Assembly (NCBI GenBank): GCA_965222375.1
Contig: CBDCTZ010000015.1
Coordinates: 1,408,001-1,472,000 of the forward strand
Source: Polyangiaceae bacterium
GTDB lineage: Bacteria > Myxococcota_A > Polyangia > Polyangiales > Polyangiaceae
Direction of reading: 5' to 3'
Length of the DNA: 64,000 nt
Part shown: positions 47,034 to 56,821 of the stretch, piece after piece
Layout: each line of letters opens with the position of its first letter
Numbering within the stretch: the stretch's first letter is position 1
Program-made: the position numbers and the translations under genes
Notes under the pieces: model-generated
The model's database searches: none
Told to the model about the DNA's origin: nothing
The model's input: only the letters and a program-made list of their open reading frames with translations

Positions 47034-47269
47034 CCGCGCGCCGCTAGGAGGCGTCGCAGCCCAACGTTCGACGCATCTGTCTTTTTGATTGGGTCGCGTC
47101 TCTTGCGCAAGACGGGCCACTACTCTCGCGTTGCGCCGCGCGATCCGTCCTGCACGTTGCGCGTTCTGCTAAAGCTACGGCGGTCCAGGCGACCTCAAAG
47201 TTCGGCGGGCCCGTTCGAAGTCGCCTTCTCGGACGGTATCGACCGGAATGCCTTGGTCGACAACCTCCG

Positions 47270-47620
47270 TCAGGAGTCATCCTCGTCGTCTCCTCCCTCT
47301 CCTTCGCCCAAGACTCGCGCCTTGACTCGATGAAAGTAGCGGCGACTAATGCCCGCAGCTGAGGCGGCACGAGTCACGTTGCCGCCATGAAGCTCGAGCA
47401 TATGCTCTACGAAGCGCCGGTCGAACTCGTCCATGACCCGAGATCGCGCGTCAGGGAATGGCAGCTCTTCGCTCAAGATGCGCATGATGGTGTCACCCGT
47501 GGCTGGGAGGCTGCCGACTGACGGACTTGTCTCGAGTCCATCGACGTCGCTGAGGTCACCGAGGGCAAACCTCCTCATCACGGCGTTCTTCAGCTCGCGC
47601 ACGTTGCCGGGCCAGTCCAC
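47270..47620 (-). pseudogene. C-terminal remnant of a sigma54 enhancer-binding protein
   Basis: DWPGNVRELKN...HGGNVTRAASAAGISRRYF present; Walker A and GAFTGA regions absent. Confidence 0.8.
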
Positions 47621-47894
47621 CGCCCACGCAAGCGGCCAACTTGCACACGCCGTGCAAACACATGGCACTCCCACCGGTGTCGCAAGGCCCGCAGCCCGCG
47701 CTAGCGCAACCGTAGTCAGGGTCGTCGATGAACCGGCAAGCCCCGTCGCACAACTTCTGGCTCGGGGGACAGCTGACAGTTTCCAGACCTGGCCCAACCT
47801 GGGCATTGTCCCTCAGGCTGTCGAGATCATTCAGAGAGCAGGCTGGCAGCGCCAAGTTGAAGCCAAGCCCTACCACGAAGACGAAACGTGACAT
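47621..47894 (-). pseudogene. N-terminal remnant of a Cys-rich lipoprotein
   Basis: MSRFVFVVGLGFNLALPAC...CPPSQKLCDGAC...DDPDYGC...CKLAAC, then runs out of frame into the activator remnant. Confidence 0.7.
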
Positions 47895-47907
47895 GGCAGA
47901 TCCGCCC

Positions 47908-47923
47908 AGCAGTTCTCGTGCCA
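47908..47923 (-). promoter_or_regulatory. Putative sigma54 promoter
   Basis: Minus strand TGGCACGAGAACTGCT, near consensus, 13 nt upstream of ATG 47894. Confidence 0.7.
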
Positions 47924-48082
47924 GACACAGCACTGGGAGAAGCTGGCGATTGTTGGGGGACACAACGCCACTGTGAACAGAGCGTTCTCGGCAGAGAGAA
48001 CAGATTGGTCTCGGCAAGCGTGGAAAAGCCGGCTCGATCCCCACCGTCGCAATTGGCACGCCCCGTGAAAGGTGGCGTGGCT

Positions 48083-48970
48083 GTGATTGCCTCGATTCCT
48101 CGTTCCCCTGTCTTCCGCTGGCAAGCAGCTCCCGTTTCTCTCGCTCTCGCCCTCGGTCTGTTGGCTTGCGCTTCGGGTGAGAATGTTCCGCCTGGCGATG
48201 GTTGCGTCACGGAGTGCGACGGACGGGAATGCGGGAGTGATGGCTGCGACGGCGTCTGCGGGCAATGTCCGAGCGGAACTAGCTGCGCAAATCACACGTG
48301 CCAAAGCTGCGAGCCCCAATGCCTAGGAAAGCAATGCGGCTCAGATAGCTGCGGCTCCGAGTGTGGCTTGTGCCCCCAGGGGTCGAACTGCAACGCCAGC
48401 GGCCAGTGCACCGTCGAATGCGCGCCGCAGTGCTCAGGCCGAGAGTGCGGGCCGGACGGCTGCGGTGGGACGTGTGGGCAATGCGCGGCGGGAGTGGTTT
48501 GCGACTCGGGGAAGTGTCAAGGCGCATGCAACCCGAATTGCACGGGAAAGAACTGCGGCTCGGATGAATGTGGAGGCAGCTGTGGAAGCTGCGCCCCTGG
48601 CATGAGCTGCGACGCGACCGGGCAGTGTATCGTGAGCTGCAAGCCTAACTGCATCGGAAAGCTGTGCGGCCCTGACGGCTGTGGTGGCCTCTGCGGTAGT
48701 TGCGCAGCACACGAGTCGTGCGACGCCAGCGGCAAATGCGCGGGCGACTGTTCGCTTCATGCCTTCACATCCTGCGATGGCACAGCGACCTGGCTTGGCA
48801 GTGCTGTGCCTATTGCCCAGGCCGCGGCGTTCTGCCCAAGTGCCAAGACGTTCTCGAAGTTGGATGCCACGACGCAAAAATGGCTCGTCTACATCCCAGG
48901 CGCCCCTGCCGGCGTGAGCGAGAACTACGTCGTCTTTTGCAATGACACGATTTCGATTGCCAAGCAGTGA
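48083..48970 (+). CDS. Cys-rich repeat lipoprotein
   Basis: Lipobox LLAC; five CxxxCxG[KR]xCGxDxCxxxCGxC repeats; start uncertain. Confidence 0.8.
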   Translation: MIASIPRSPVFRWQAAPVSLALALGLLACASGENVPPGDGCVTECDGRECGSDGCDGVCGQCPSGTSCANHTCQSCEPQCLGKQCGSDSCGSECGLCPQGSNCNASGQCTVECAPQCSGRECGPDGCGGTCGQCAAGVVCDSGKCQGACNPNCTGKNCGSDECGGSCGSCAPGMSCDATGQCIVSCKPNCIGKLCGPDGCGGLCGSCAAHESCDASGKCAGDCSLHAFTSCDGTATWLGSAVPIAQAAAFCPSAKTFSKLDATTQKWLVYIPGAPAGVSENYVVFCNDTISIAKQ

Positions 48971-49053
48971 CCCCCTTTGGATCCGGGAACTGTACCCCCG
49001 GATCCTCAGACTCCGAACTGGCCATGTTTTCCGGAACCAACAAGAGGGATTGT

Positions 49054-50826
49054 ATGTACTCAAATCGACCTGTGAGCAGAAAGCAATCAGCAAGCTATGC
49101 AACGACTACGTTCGTCGCTTTGCTCGTCGCTTTGCTCGCCACTTCACTCACCGCATGCGGCACTGAACCAGTACCAGAAAAACGGGCGGACCCAGGACCC
49201 GATGCCGCGGTGAGTGACGCAACAACGAGCACCTGTGTGAGTTGGAACACGACCAATATCGGTGTGATGACGACGCCCGGAAGCGTCGTGTGCGAAACAG
49301 AAAGCAAAATCCATGTAGAAACTACGGGGCAGGATATTTGGGGCAGCGCCGATTCAATGACCTACGTTCACCAAGCGCTTGTAGGCGACGGATCGATAGT
49401 GGCGCGCATCTCTTCGCTTGCCGAAACTGACCCTTGGGCAAAAGCTGGCGTAATGATCCGCGAATCACTTGATGAGGATTCCAAGCATGTTCATATGTTG
49501 GTGTCTGCGGCAGCAACCAACCAATTGAAGTTTGACGCGCGCGATGTCGTAGGCGGAAGCACAGGTGGATTCGATGGTTCAGTCGACGGCGCACCTTTTT
49601 GGGTTGCTGTGGTCCGAAAAGGAGACGACTTTTTCGGCTATGAATCGCAAGATGGCAAGACGTGGACGCTAGTTGGAAAACACACGGTAGCCATGGCAGA
49701 AACGACCTACGTTGGTCTTTCGCTCGCCTCGCACGGCGATAACCCTGTTACGAAATCCACGTTCGAATCAGTTTCGATTCCGGCCATCGGGCTACCTGCC
49801 ATACCGGACCCCCCAACCGGCGGTACGCCCATTCCATGTACAAACGGAGAGGATGTTCCCGGCTCGCGAGCAGGACTTCTCTCCGAACGATTAGGTTACG
49901 CGCAGAACGTCACTGGCGGGTCTTGCCTCCATCACGTCACCTCACTTTCGGGTTCCGGTACCGGATCACTCCGAGAAGCGCTTTCTCAATCGGGCCGTTG
50001 GATCGTCTTTGATGTGAACGGTCGTATCACTAGCGGCGGACTGAACGTCCCCAAAGACACGACGATTGATGGCCGCGGGGCCGAAATTGTCATCGACGGC
50101 ACGCTGAATATCACTAGCTCCAACGTGATCGTCGAGAACCTTGCAATGGACAACCCCAGCGGCGGCGACCTAGAGGACTTGATTGCGGTGCACGGGAGCT
50201 ACCCCGATCCGGGGCCCGATTTGGTTTGGATTGATCATGTAACCTTCAAAAGAACACCCGACGAACAGCTCCCCATGTGGGCGCATAAGACCTCAACGAC
50301 CGCCCCAAGGCGCGTCAGCGTTACTTGGAGCCACTTCACCAATGAACCATCGCCGCAAACGCCAAGCCTGACGCATGCGCTTTTGGTCGGGAGTAGCCCT
50401 CCGGGGTTCAATTCCGAGCCAACCAATCTAACTCTGGCCTTCAACGTTTTCGAAACAGGGAGTCGCCAGCCGCTACTCGGCGACGGCGCCAAAGCACACA
50501 TGTTTAACAACCTGCATGCGTGGTATGTCTATGGCCCTAGCGTTCGGTACAACGGCAAGATGCTGATCGAGAACGCAATCTTCGATGGAACCAAGGCGGG
50601 GTCGGGTAATGCGGCGTTCTCCTATGATGCCGGTCGGCTGCTCGGCGACGAAGTGATGAAAGAAACGGGAAGTTGGATGATCGGGAACGCCTTCGGCAAC
50701 GAACTCAACCCCGAAAACGTCTTTACTGTACCGTATCAGTACAAACTACAAACGCCTGACAGCACGCTGCGGACAAAAATGGAAAACGGTGCAGGCGCGC
50801 AACCATCAAGCGCCTTTTCGTTTTGA
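49054..50826 (+). CDS. Lipoprotein: beta-sandwich (DUF1349/ConA-like) domain plus PL1-like pectate lyase
   Basis: Lipobox LTAC; GQDIWG...AKAGVMIRESL; GYAQNVTGG, GSLREAL, IVFDVNG, TIDGRG, VWIDH. Confidence 0.8.
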   Translation: MYSNRPVSRKQSASYATTTFVALLVALLATSLTACGTEPVPEKRADPGPDAAVSDATTSTCVSWNTTNIGVMTTPGSVVCETESKIHVETTGQDIWGSADSMTYVHQALVGDGSIVARISSLAETDPWAKAGVMIRESLDEDSKHVHMLVSAAATNQLKFDARDVVGGSTGGFDGSVDGAPFWVAVVRKGDDFFGYESQDGKTWTLVGKHTVAMAETTYVGLSLASHGDNPVTKSTFESVSIPAIGLPAIPDPPTGGTPIPCTNGEDVPGSRAGLLSERLGYAQNVTGGSCLHHVTSLSGSGTGSLREALSQSGRWIVFDVNGRITSGGLNVPKDTTIDGRGAEIVIDGTLNITSSNVIVENLAMDNPSGGDLEDLIAVHGSYPDPGPDLVWIDHVTFKRTPDEQLPMWAHKTSTTAPRRVSVTWSHFTNEPSPQTPSLTHALLVGSSPPGFNSEPTNLTLAFNVFETGSRQPLLGDGAKAHMFNNLHAWYVYGPSVRYNGKMLIENAIFDGTKAGSGNAAFSYDAGRLLGDEVMKETGSWMIGNAFGNELNPENVFTVPYQYKLQTPDSTLRTKMENGAGAQPSSAFSF

Positions 50827-50948
50827 GTGGCTACTGGAGTTGAGTCGAACGCGGGCGAGTGCGCGGGGGATGGTGGGACCAGTCGGGTCCCAACCTAGGC
50901 CAGCCGCCCGCTTCCTCGTACGGATGAGGCCCACGCCAGAAGCCCCCG

Positions 50949-53900
50949 TCAATCCTCCGCCCCAGCGTCCTCCTTCCGCGCCAACGCTAGGATGCGCGCA
51001 TGCTCGGCCACTCCTTCCAGGAACGCGCGGCGCAGTGCGGGCTCGTCAACCTCCGCGGCGCGCTCCAGCAACCTGCCCTTGGCCCGCTCGAGTACCGCGC
51101 GGGCCGCAAGCGCATCACCGCTGGCGGCCAGGGTCTCGATCATCGCCAATTGGACACTGGCCTCGCCATCCGCGATAGTGCTGATGCGCTCCATTTGCTC
51201 TTGCAGCTCGCGAACCAAGGCAAGCGCCCGCACAGTGCTGCCTTCCTCCAGGTGAGCGCGAGCCAAGGTGCCCATGGCCTGGAGCCTGAGAGCAGGCACA
51301 TGTTCGGAGATATCGCTTGCAACCTTGGCTTCGTGAACAGCGGAAGGAGCGTCGCCTTGCGCAAGCAACAGCTCTGCCAAGTGGTTGCGAGCACCCGCCT
51401 CCATGCGTCGGTCTCCCTGGGCGCCCAGCATGGCGATCGCAGTGTCCAGAAGGGGGCGGGCTTCGTCGAGGCGTCCAGTTCGGGTGAGGGTGGCAGCCAG
51501 GTTGTTCGTGGCCGAGGCAATGAGGTTCGCGAGACCCAAACGCTCCCCTATTGCCACCGCCTCGCGGAGCGCACGCTCCGCGTCGTCGTAGGCCCCGAGC
51601 ACCATGCTAGCGTGTCCGCAGTTGTGGCGGTGCACGGCAGCCGCACGCAGGTCTCCAGCCTGTTCGCTGCTGCTAGCAGCAGCCTGTGACAAGCGCCAGT
51701 AGCTGAAGGTCTTCCCTCGAAACAGGGCACGCGCGGCCAAGCTAGCCTGCCACCGCGCTCGCATCCCGGGGTCGTCGGTCTGGGTTGAAGCCCCGCGCCC
51801 AAGGTGCGTGAACATCTCCTCGGCGAGTTCGTACTCACCAAGTTGGAGCATGGCGACTGCCACACGGTTGCAACAGATCAACGTCGCCGGAGTGTCCAGG
51901 TCGCACCAACCACCGTCCAGCAACAGGCGAGCACAAGCTCGCTCACAATCTACGTCTCCGGCCCGGTGCGCGGCCAAGGTCAGAAGCGCAACGGCCTTGA
52001 GCCACTCCGAGCTCCCTGGATCTAGAGCGTTCATGGCGTCCTGAGCCGCCGCCTGTGCTTCGGGGTGTTTCGCGAGCCAATACAGAGCCTCTCCCTCCAA
52101 TCTGCGCAGTTTGCCTCGAACGTCCCCGGCGTCAGGAAGCTCGGCCAGAAACCCCAACGCGCGGCGCGCTGCGGAAAGTGCCCCTTCAAGATCGTTGGCC
52201 TCGAGCGCTTCCTCAGCTGCGAGCTGACACCAGAACAAGGCGCGGTCGGCGAGCTCGCCCTGTTCGTAATGTTGAGCCAAGACGATCGCGTCGGGTTCGC
52301 CGTTGTTCTCGAGCCAGCTCCCGGCGAGTCGGTGTCCGCGTGCTCGATCCTCGGAAGTGAGCATTCCGTAGGCAGCCTCCTGAAGCAGTGCATGTCGAAA
52401 CACGTACTCCAGGGTGCCGGGGAATCGACTCTGCAACCGTTTGGTGATCAACTCCCGCTCGCTGAGCGTCTCGAGCCAATCCGCAATCTCGGTTTCATTC
52501 GCGTCGCCACCAATCAAGGCGGAAACGCCGTCCTCCCAGAACGCACCTCCGAAAATGCTCGCCGCGCGCAGCAAGCGCCGCGCAGCGTCCGGTAGCACCT
52601 CCAGCCGCGAGTGGACCATCGCCAAGACGCTTTCGGGTAGTGCATCGTCGCCCTCAGCGACCGAACGAATCAGCTCCTCGAGATAGAATGCATTGCCGTC
52701 CGCCCGATCCGCTACGGATCGGATGCGATCGGCGTCCGCTGCTTCGCCCAACACTTCCCGCGCCAACTTCTCGCAAGCCTTGCGGGTCAAGCCGCCAAGA
52801 CGCAGCTCGGACATGTCGCGGAGCTGCCAGAGCGTGGGGAACTGTTGCCGCGCTTCCGGGCGGGCGAGGCAGAGCACCATCAGCGGCAGTTCGCGCGCCA
52901 TCCGTAGCGTCGTCTCGATGACGTTCACGGTCGGGAGGTCACCCCAGTGCAGGTCTTCAACCACCCATAGAACAGGATGGGCTCGGCACTCACCAACCAC
53001 GAAGTCCACCCAAGCGCGTCGCATTTGATCGCCCATCAGCATTGGATCGCAGCGGGCGGCAGCGAGTTGTGGATTGTCGGATTCGTCGAAAGGGATTCGC
53101 GCAATCTCCCCAAGAAACGCTGCGACCCTCTCTCGCTCCTCGGTAGGGACACATCGCGCAACGCGGTCGCGCAACCGGTCTCCACTGCGCCCTGCTGGCT
53201 CGCCGTCCACGACACCCGCGGCGCGACGAATGGCCTGGGCCAAAAGCCCGAAGGGCGAGCCAGCCGCAACCGGGTCTCCGCGAGACACGAGCAGTTCCAG
53301 ATTGATTTCCCGACCTGCGAGGCGGCGGAGCAGCTCGTAACGCACGCGGGACTTGCCGATTCCCGCCACACCCGTGACCAAAGCGAGGCGCGCCACCGGT
53401 TCGGCCACGCACTCGTCAAACATGCTCTCCAAGAAGCCGAGGTCGCGATCGCGCCCGACGGTGGTGGTGGGCCTTCCCAGGAGTTTGCGGGCGGCTTCGC
53501 CCCGCGGGCGCTCTCCGGAAATGAGCTGCGTCGCAGCGCCGAGGTTGTCGAGATCGAAGCGCCCCTCCAGGAACGACGCACTCACCGAGTCCACGCAGAT
53601 GCCACACCCAGTAGGTGCCGAGGCAAGCATCGATGCGGCCCGCTCGATGACTTCACCCACGGGGACGGGCCCTGCCACAACGCCACGCCCCGTGGCGAGC
53701 GCCATTGGGGCATCAGGCAATAGCGCGCGCAGCGCCAACCCGCAGCGCGCGGCTCGGTTGGCGAGATCCGTGGCGGTGCCACCGAGGGGACCACTTGAAC
53801 CCGACAGCAATACGGCGAGGTCGCCGCTGCGAAGGGGCTCCAGGCGTGCCCCGTATTTGGCGGCGGTGTCACGGAGTGCACGAGATGACGCACCGGCGTG

Positions 53901-54905
53901 CACCACTCGACTGGGGGCATCTGAGCCGGTTCGCACAGCGCTTTCGCCGTCGGCTGCTTCGAGTGGGCCTGCGGCAATGGTCTCAGCCTCTGGAACTGCG
54001 CGCGCAAGCAGGACACACACCAAGCGCTGCTCTGTGTCGGTGAGCACGTCTTCCACGCCCGATGCCTCGTTCGGCCTGCCGCTGGCCCCCTCGACTTCCA
54101 GCCCCCGAATCGCGTCGAGCAGAGCAGCACCATCTCGAGGGCGAGCAGTGGGTTCTTTGGAAAGCATGCGCCTGACGACATCGCATACCTCTTGCGGAAG
54201 CTCCGGGCGGATGCTGCGCAGATCTGGCGCATCCTCGAGGACGAGCTTGGCCAACACGGCAATTTGGGGGCCACCGGCAAAGGGGGGGCGCCCCGTCAGG
54301 CAATGAAACCACACGGCACCGAGGGCAAACACATCCGCGCACGGGTCCACCCTCCGTGCACCCTTGGCCTGCTCTGGCGCCATGTAGCCGACGGTGCCGA
54401 GCACCGAGCCGGTTCTCGTCATTCCAACGCTAACGTCACCCAGGTGAGCAATCCCAAAGTCGAGAACCTTGGTGCGCCCGACCTGGCCATCGACTAGCAG
54501 CAAGTTCGCAGGTTTGATGTCGCGATGCACGACTCGCCGTGAGTGGGCGAGCGCTAGAGCATCGGCGACTCGCCGAACGAGCTCCAAGGAATCTGCATCG
54601 CTTAGAGGAGCCCGCTTGAGTCGCGCGCTCAACGTTTCACCCGAAACCCACTCCATTGCTATGTACAGATGATCTCCCTCGGTGCCGTGGGCGATGTATC
54701 GCACGATGCCTGGGTGATTCAGCTCTGATAGCAGCCTTGCTTCCCGGGCAAAGCGCGCCGCATTCGCATCCCTCGCCATGATCTTCAAGGCAACGGGTTG
54801 TCCGTCGAGACGGTCGACCGCCTGATAGACGTGACCCATGCCTCCCGCCCCCGCCAGGTGCCTGACCTCAAAGCGGTCAGCGATCACTTCTCGAGCATTC
54901 AACAC
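50949..54905 (-). CDS. Ser/Thr kinase, degenerate cyclase-like domain, AAA_16 STAND ATPase and TPR repeats
   Basis: GAGGMG, HRDIKPAN, DFG; GVAGIGKSR, VEDLHWGD, GNAFYLEEL, YVFRHALL; TPR C-terminus. Confidence 0.9.
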   Translation of the reverse strand: MLNAREVIADRFEVRHLAGAGGMGHVYQAVDRLDGQPVALKIMARDANAARFAREARLLSELNHPGIVRYIAHGTEGDHLYIAMEWVSGETLSARLKRAPLSDADSLELVRRVADALALAHSRRVVHRDIKPANLLLVDGQVGRTKVLDFGIAHLGDVSVGMTRTGSVLGTVGYMAPEQAKGARRVDPCADVFALGAVWFHCLTGRPPFAGGPQIAVLAKLVLEDAPDLRSIRPELPQEVCDVVRRMLSKEPTARPRDGAALLDAIRGLEVEGASGRPNEASGVEDVLTDTEQRLVCVLLARAVPEAETIAAGPLEAADGESAVRTGSDAPSRVVHAGASSRALRDTAAKYGARLEPLRSGDLAVLLSGSSGPLGGTATDLANRAARCGLALRALLPDAPMALATGRGVVAGPVPVGEVIERAASMLASAPTGCGICVDSVSASFLEGRFDLDNLGAATQLISGERPRGEAARKLLGRPTTTVGRDRDLGFLESMFDECVAEPVARLALVTGVAGIGKSRVRYELLRRLAGREINLELLVSRGDPVAAGSPFGLLAQAIRRAAGVVDGEPAGRSGDRLRDRVARCVPTEERERVAAFLGEIARIPFDESDNPQLAAARCDPMLMGDQMRRAWVDFVVGECRAHPVLWVVEDLHWGDLPTVNVIETTLRMARELPLMVLCLARPEARQQFPTLWQLRDMSELRLGGLTRKACEKLAREVLGEAADADRIRSVADRADGNAFYLEELIRSVAEGDDALPESVLAMVHSRLEVLPDAARRLLRAASIFGGAFWEDGVSALIGGDANETEIADWLETLSERELITKRLQSRFPGTLEYVFRHALLQEAAYGMLTSEDRARGHRLAGSWLENNGEPDAIVLAQHYEQGELADRALFWCQLAAEEALEANDLEGALSAARRALGFLAELPDAGDVRGKLRRLEGEALYWLAKHPEAQAAAQDAMNALDPGSSEWLKAVALLTLAAHRAGDVDCERACARLLLDGGWCDLDTPATLICCNRVAVAMLQLGEYELAEEMFTHLGRGASTQTDDPGMRARWQASLAARALFRGKTFSYWRLSQAAASSSEQAGDLRAAAVHRHNCGHASMVLGAYDDAERALREAVAIGERLGLANLIASATNNLAATLTRTGRLDEARPLLDTAIAMLGAQGDRRMEAGARNHLAELLLAQGDAPSAVHEAKVASDISEHVPALRLQAMGTLARAHLEEGSTVRALALVRELQEQMERISTIADGEASVQLAMIETLAASGDALAARAVLERAKGRLLERAAEVDEPALRRAFLEGVAEHARILALARKEDAGAED

Positions 54906-55376
54906 CGAGAGACAAGTATACGCGGAGCGCGAACCCCGCGTCGCTCCCACGCGTCCCCCTGGTATGGCTGGCCTCGACGATGCCAAAGTGCGAAAGGAAG
55001 CGCCAACGCCGCCCTAGATCGACAACCCCAACCCACGCCGCTTCCGACCATTGTGGTTGGGTTCGTCTGGAGCGTCCCCGTGACGCTGGTCGCGTGAAAT
55101 TTGTACCCATGACGCTTGCCGGTCTCCGCGTTGATCCGCTTTGGGCCTGCGTTGTGGTAGCAACGCTATGTCGCAAGGCGCTGACGAACGCATGGGCCCC
55201 ACGCGAAGCACGTCGCGGCCCCTCCCACTAGTTCTGCCCCCGAAACCGGTGGTGATGTCAGCGGCACCCTGGCGCCGAAGACGCCACGACGTTCCGCTGC
55301 GCAAACCGATCCCGCGGCGATTGCACCGTGCTGACGGAGGCGTGCTATCCTGCGACCGACTTACGGTGGTGCTCAA

Positions 55377-56366
55377 TTGAAACGCTTTCTTGAGGTGACA
55401 GCACGTCGCGCAGCCATCCTGGCAGCATCGGCGATTGCCTGCGGCGTGGGCTGCTCGATGGTGGCTGGGATCGACGAGGACTACCGCGAAGTGGATCCTG
55501 GCCCAGGGGACGCCAGTGTGGGTGGCTCGGCTGGCGTCGGGGCTACGGGTGGTGGAGGTGCTACCGGCAGCGGAGGCTTTGCGACGGGTGGATTCGGCGG
55601 ATCCTCCGGCGGCAGCGGTGGCGCTCCGGGAGGGTCTGGTGGTTCGGGCACCGGTGGCGCGGGTTCAGGTGGGGCCGCTGGTTCTTCTGGAACGGCGGGG
55701 TCGTCCGGAACTGCAGGGGCTAGCGGCGCAGACGCGGGCGGAGCTGGCGGAGCGGATGCCGGGACAGATGCGAGTGGAAGCGGCGGCGCGGATGCCGGGA
55801 CAGACGCGGGAGGAAGCGGGGGTGCAGATGCCGGTGGCACCGGTGGTGCGGACGCGGGTGGCACTGGCGGCACCGACGCAGGGACCTCGGGCGTCAACAG
55901 CAACTTCGATGAAACTCCAGGTGCGAACACCTACTTCGGCGGTCTCAAATCGAGCAATTGGGTCGGCAGCAGCTTCCATGCGCCTAACGCCGGGACTGAG
56001 TTGTTCGCATCCGGAAACGGCAACTCGAGCGGCACCTTTGCCAACATCGGGATCAAGAAGAACCTCGGCGGCAAGGTCGAAAACAAGACCTACACCGTCT
56101 CGTTCTACATTGTGCAGCCGTCCGTCGGGCAGATGGGCATGGAGCTCTCGGACTTCAACCGTCTGCGCGTTGGCGGCGACAGCGGCACAGTGACGTGGAC
56201 CGCCACTCCGCTGTCATCGGGACCCAACAATTGGGTGCAGTGGAAGGGCACCTACAAGCCCGCGCCTGCCGACGTCGGTGGTCCCTTCTTCTTCGACGCG
56301 CTTTTCGATCTGGACGCCAAACACTCCATCGGTATCGATGGACCCATCGTAGCAACGCCGCTCTGA
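55377..56366 (+). CDS. Gly-rich lipoprotein with C-terminal beta-rich domain
   Basis: GVGC lipobox, GGADAG repeats, globular C-terminus of about 150 aa. Confidence 0.78.
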   Translation: MKRFLEVTARRAAILAASAIACGVGCSMVAGIDEDYREVDPGPGDASVGGSAGVGATGGGGATGSGGFATGGFGGSSGGSGGAPGGSGGSGTGGAGSGGAAGSSGTAGSSGTAGASGADAGGAGGADAGTDASGSGGADAGTDAGGSGGADAGGTGGADAGGTGGTDAGTSGVNSNFDETPGANTYFGGLKSSNWVGSSFHAPNAGTELFASGNGNSSGTFANIGIKKNLGGKVENKTYTVSFYIVQPSVGQMGMELSDFNRLRVGGDSGTVTWTATPLSSGPNNWVQWKGTYKPAPADVGGPFFFDALFDLDAKHSIGIDGPIVATPL

Positions 56367-56821
56367 TCTGAGAGGCCCCCCGCCCCCGCCTCCAACAATC
56401 CGCCGCCCGCCTAGTGACCCAACCCCACCCCCCGCTTTACCTCCCAAGAAGGGTAGCGGCGAAGTCGGGGAGGGTACGGTGGTGCTGCGGCAACCCCAAG
56501 GACTCAAACAGACACCTTGGCCCAAGAAGTCGACGACGTATTCACGCCGCATGTCGACACCTTCCCGTCGAGGCGAGACAAGTCCTGCACGCCCTGCCAC
56601 GGTCGAGCCATCTCCGACCCAATCATGGGACGGCCCTGACCACCGTCGAGGGTGCCAAAGGTCCAAACTGGCAGCCAGGACACGTGGGGATGCTGCAACG
56701 CGCACTCCCGCGGCACTCATCTCGCCTTGTTGCCCTGGGCGCGGGCTCGGATTCAGACCCCAATCGCGACGTGTGCTTCTTCAGCGAAGAAGACGGAACC
56801 CTGCTCCCGCACCGACCTGGC

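Noticed and set aside
56376..56480. C-run tract, possible G-quadruplex or degenerate REP
   Set aside because: Low complexity, no clear second copy in the window, no supporting evidence.
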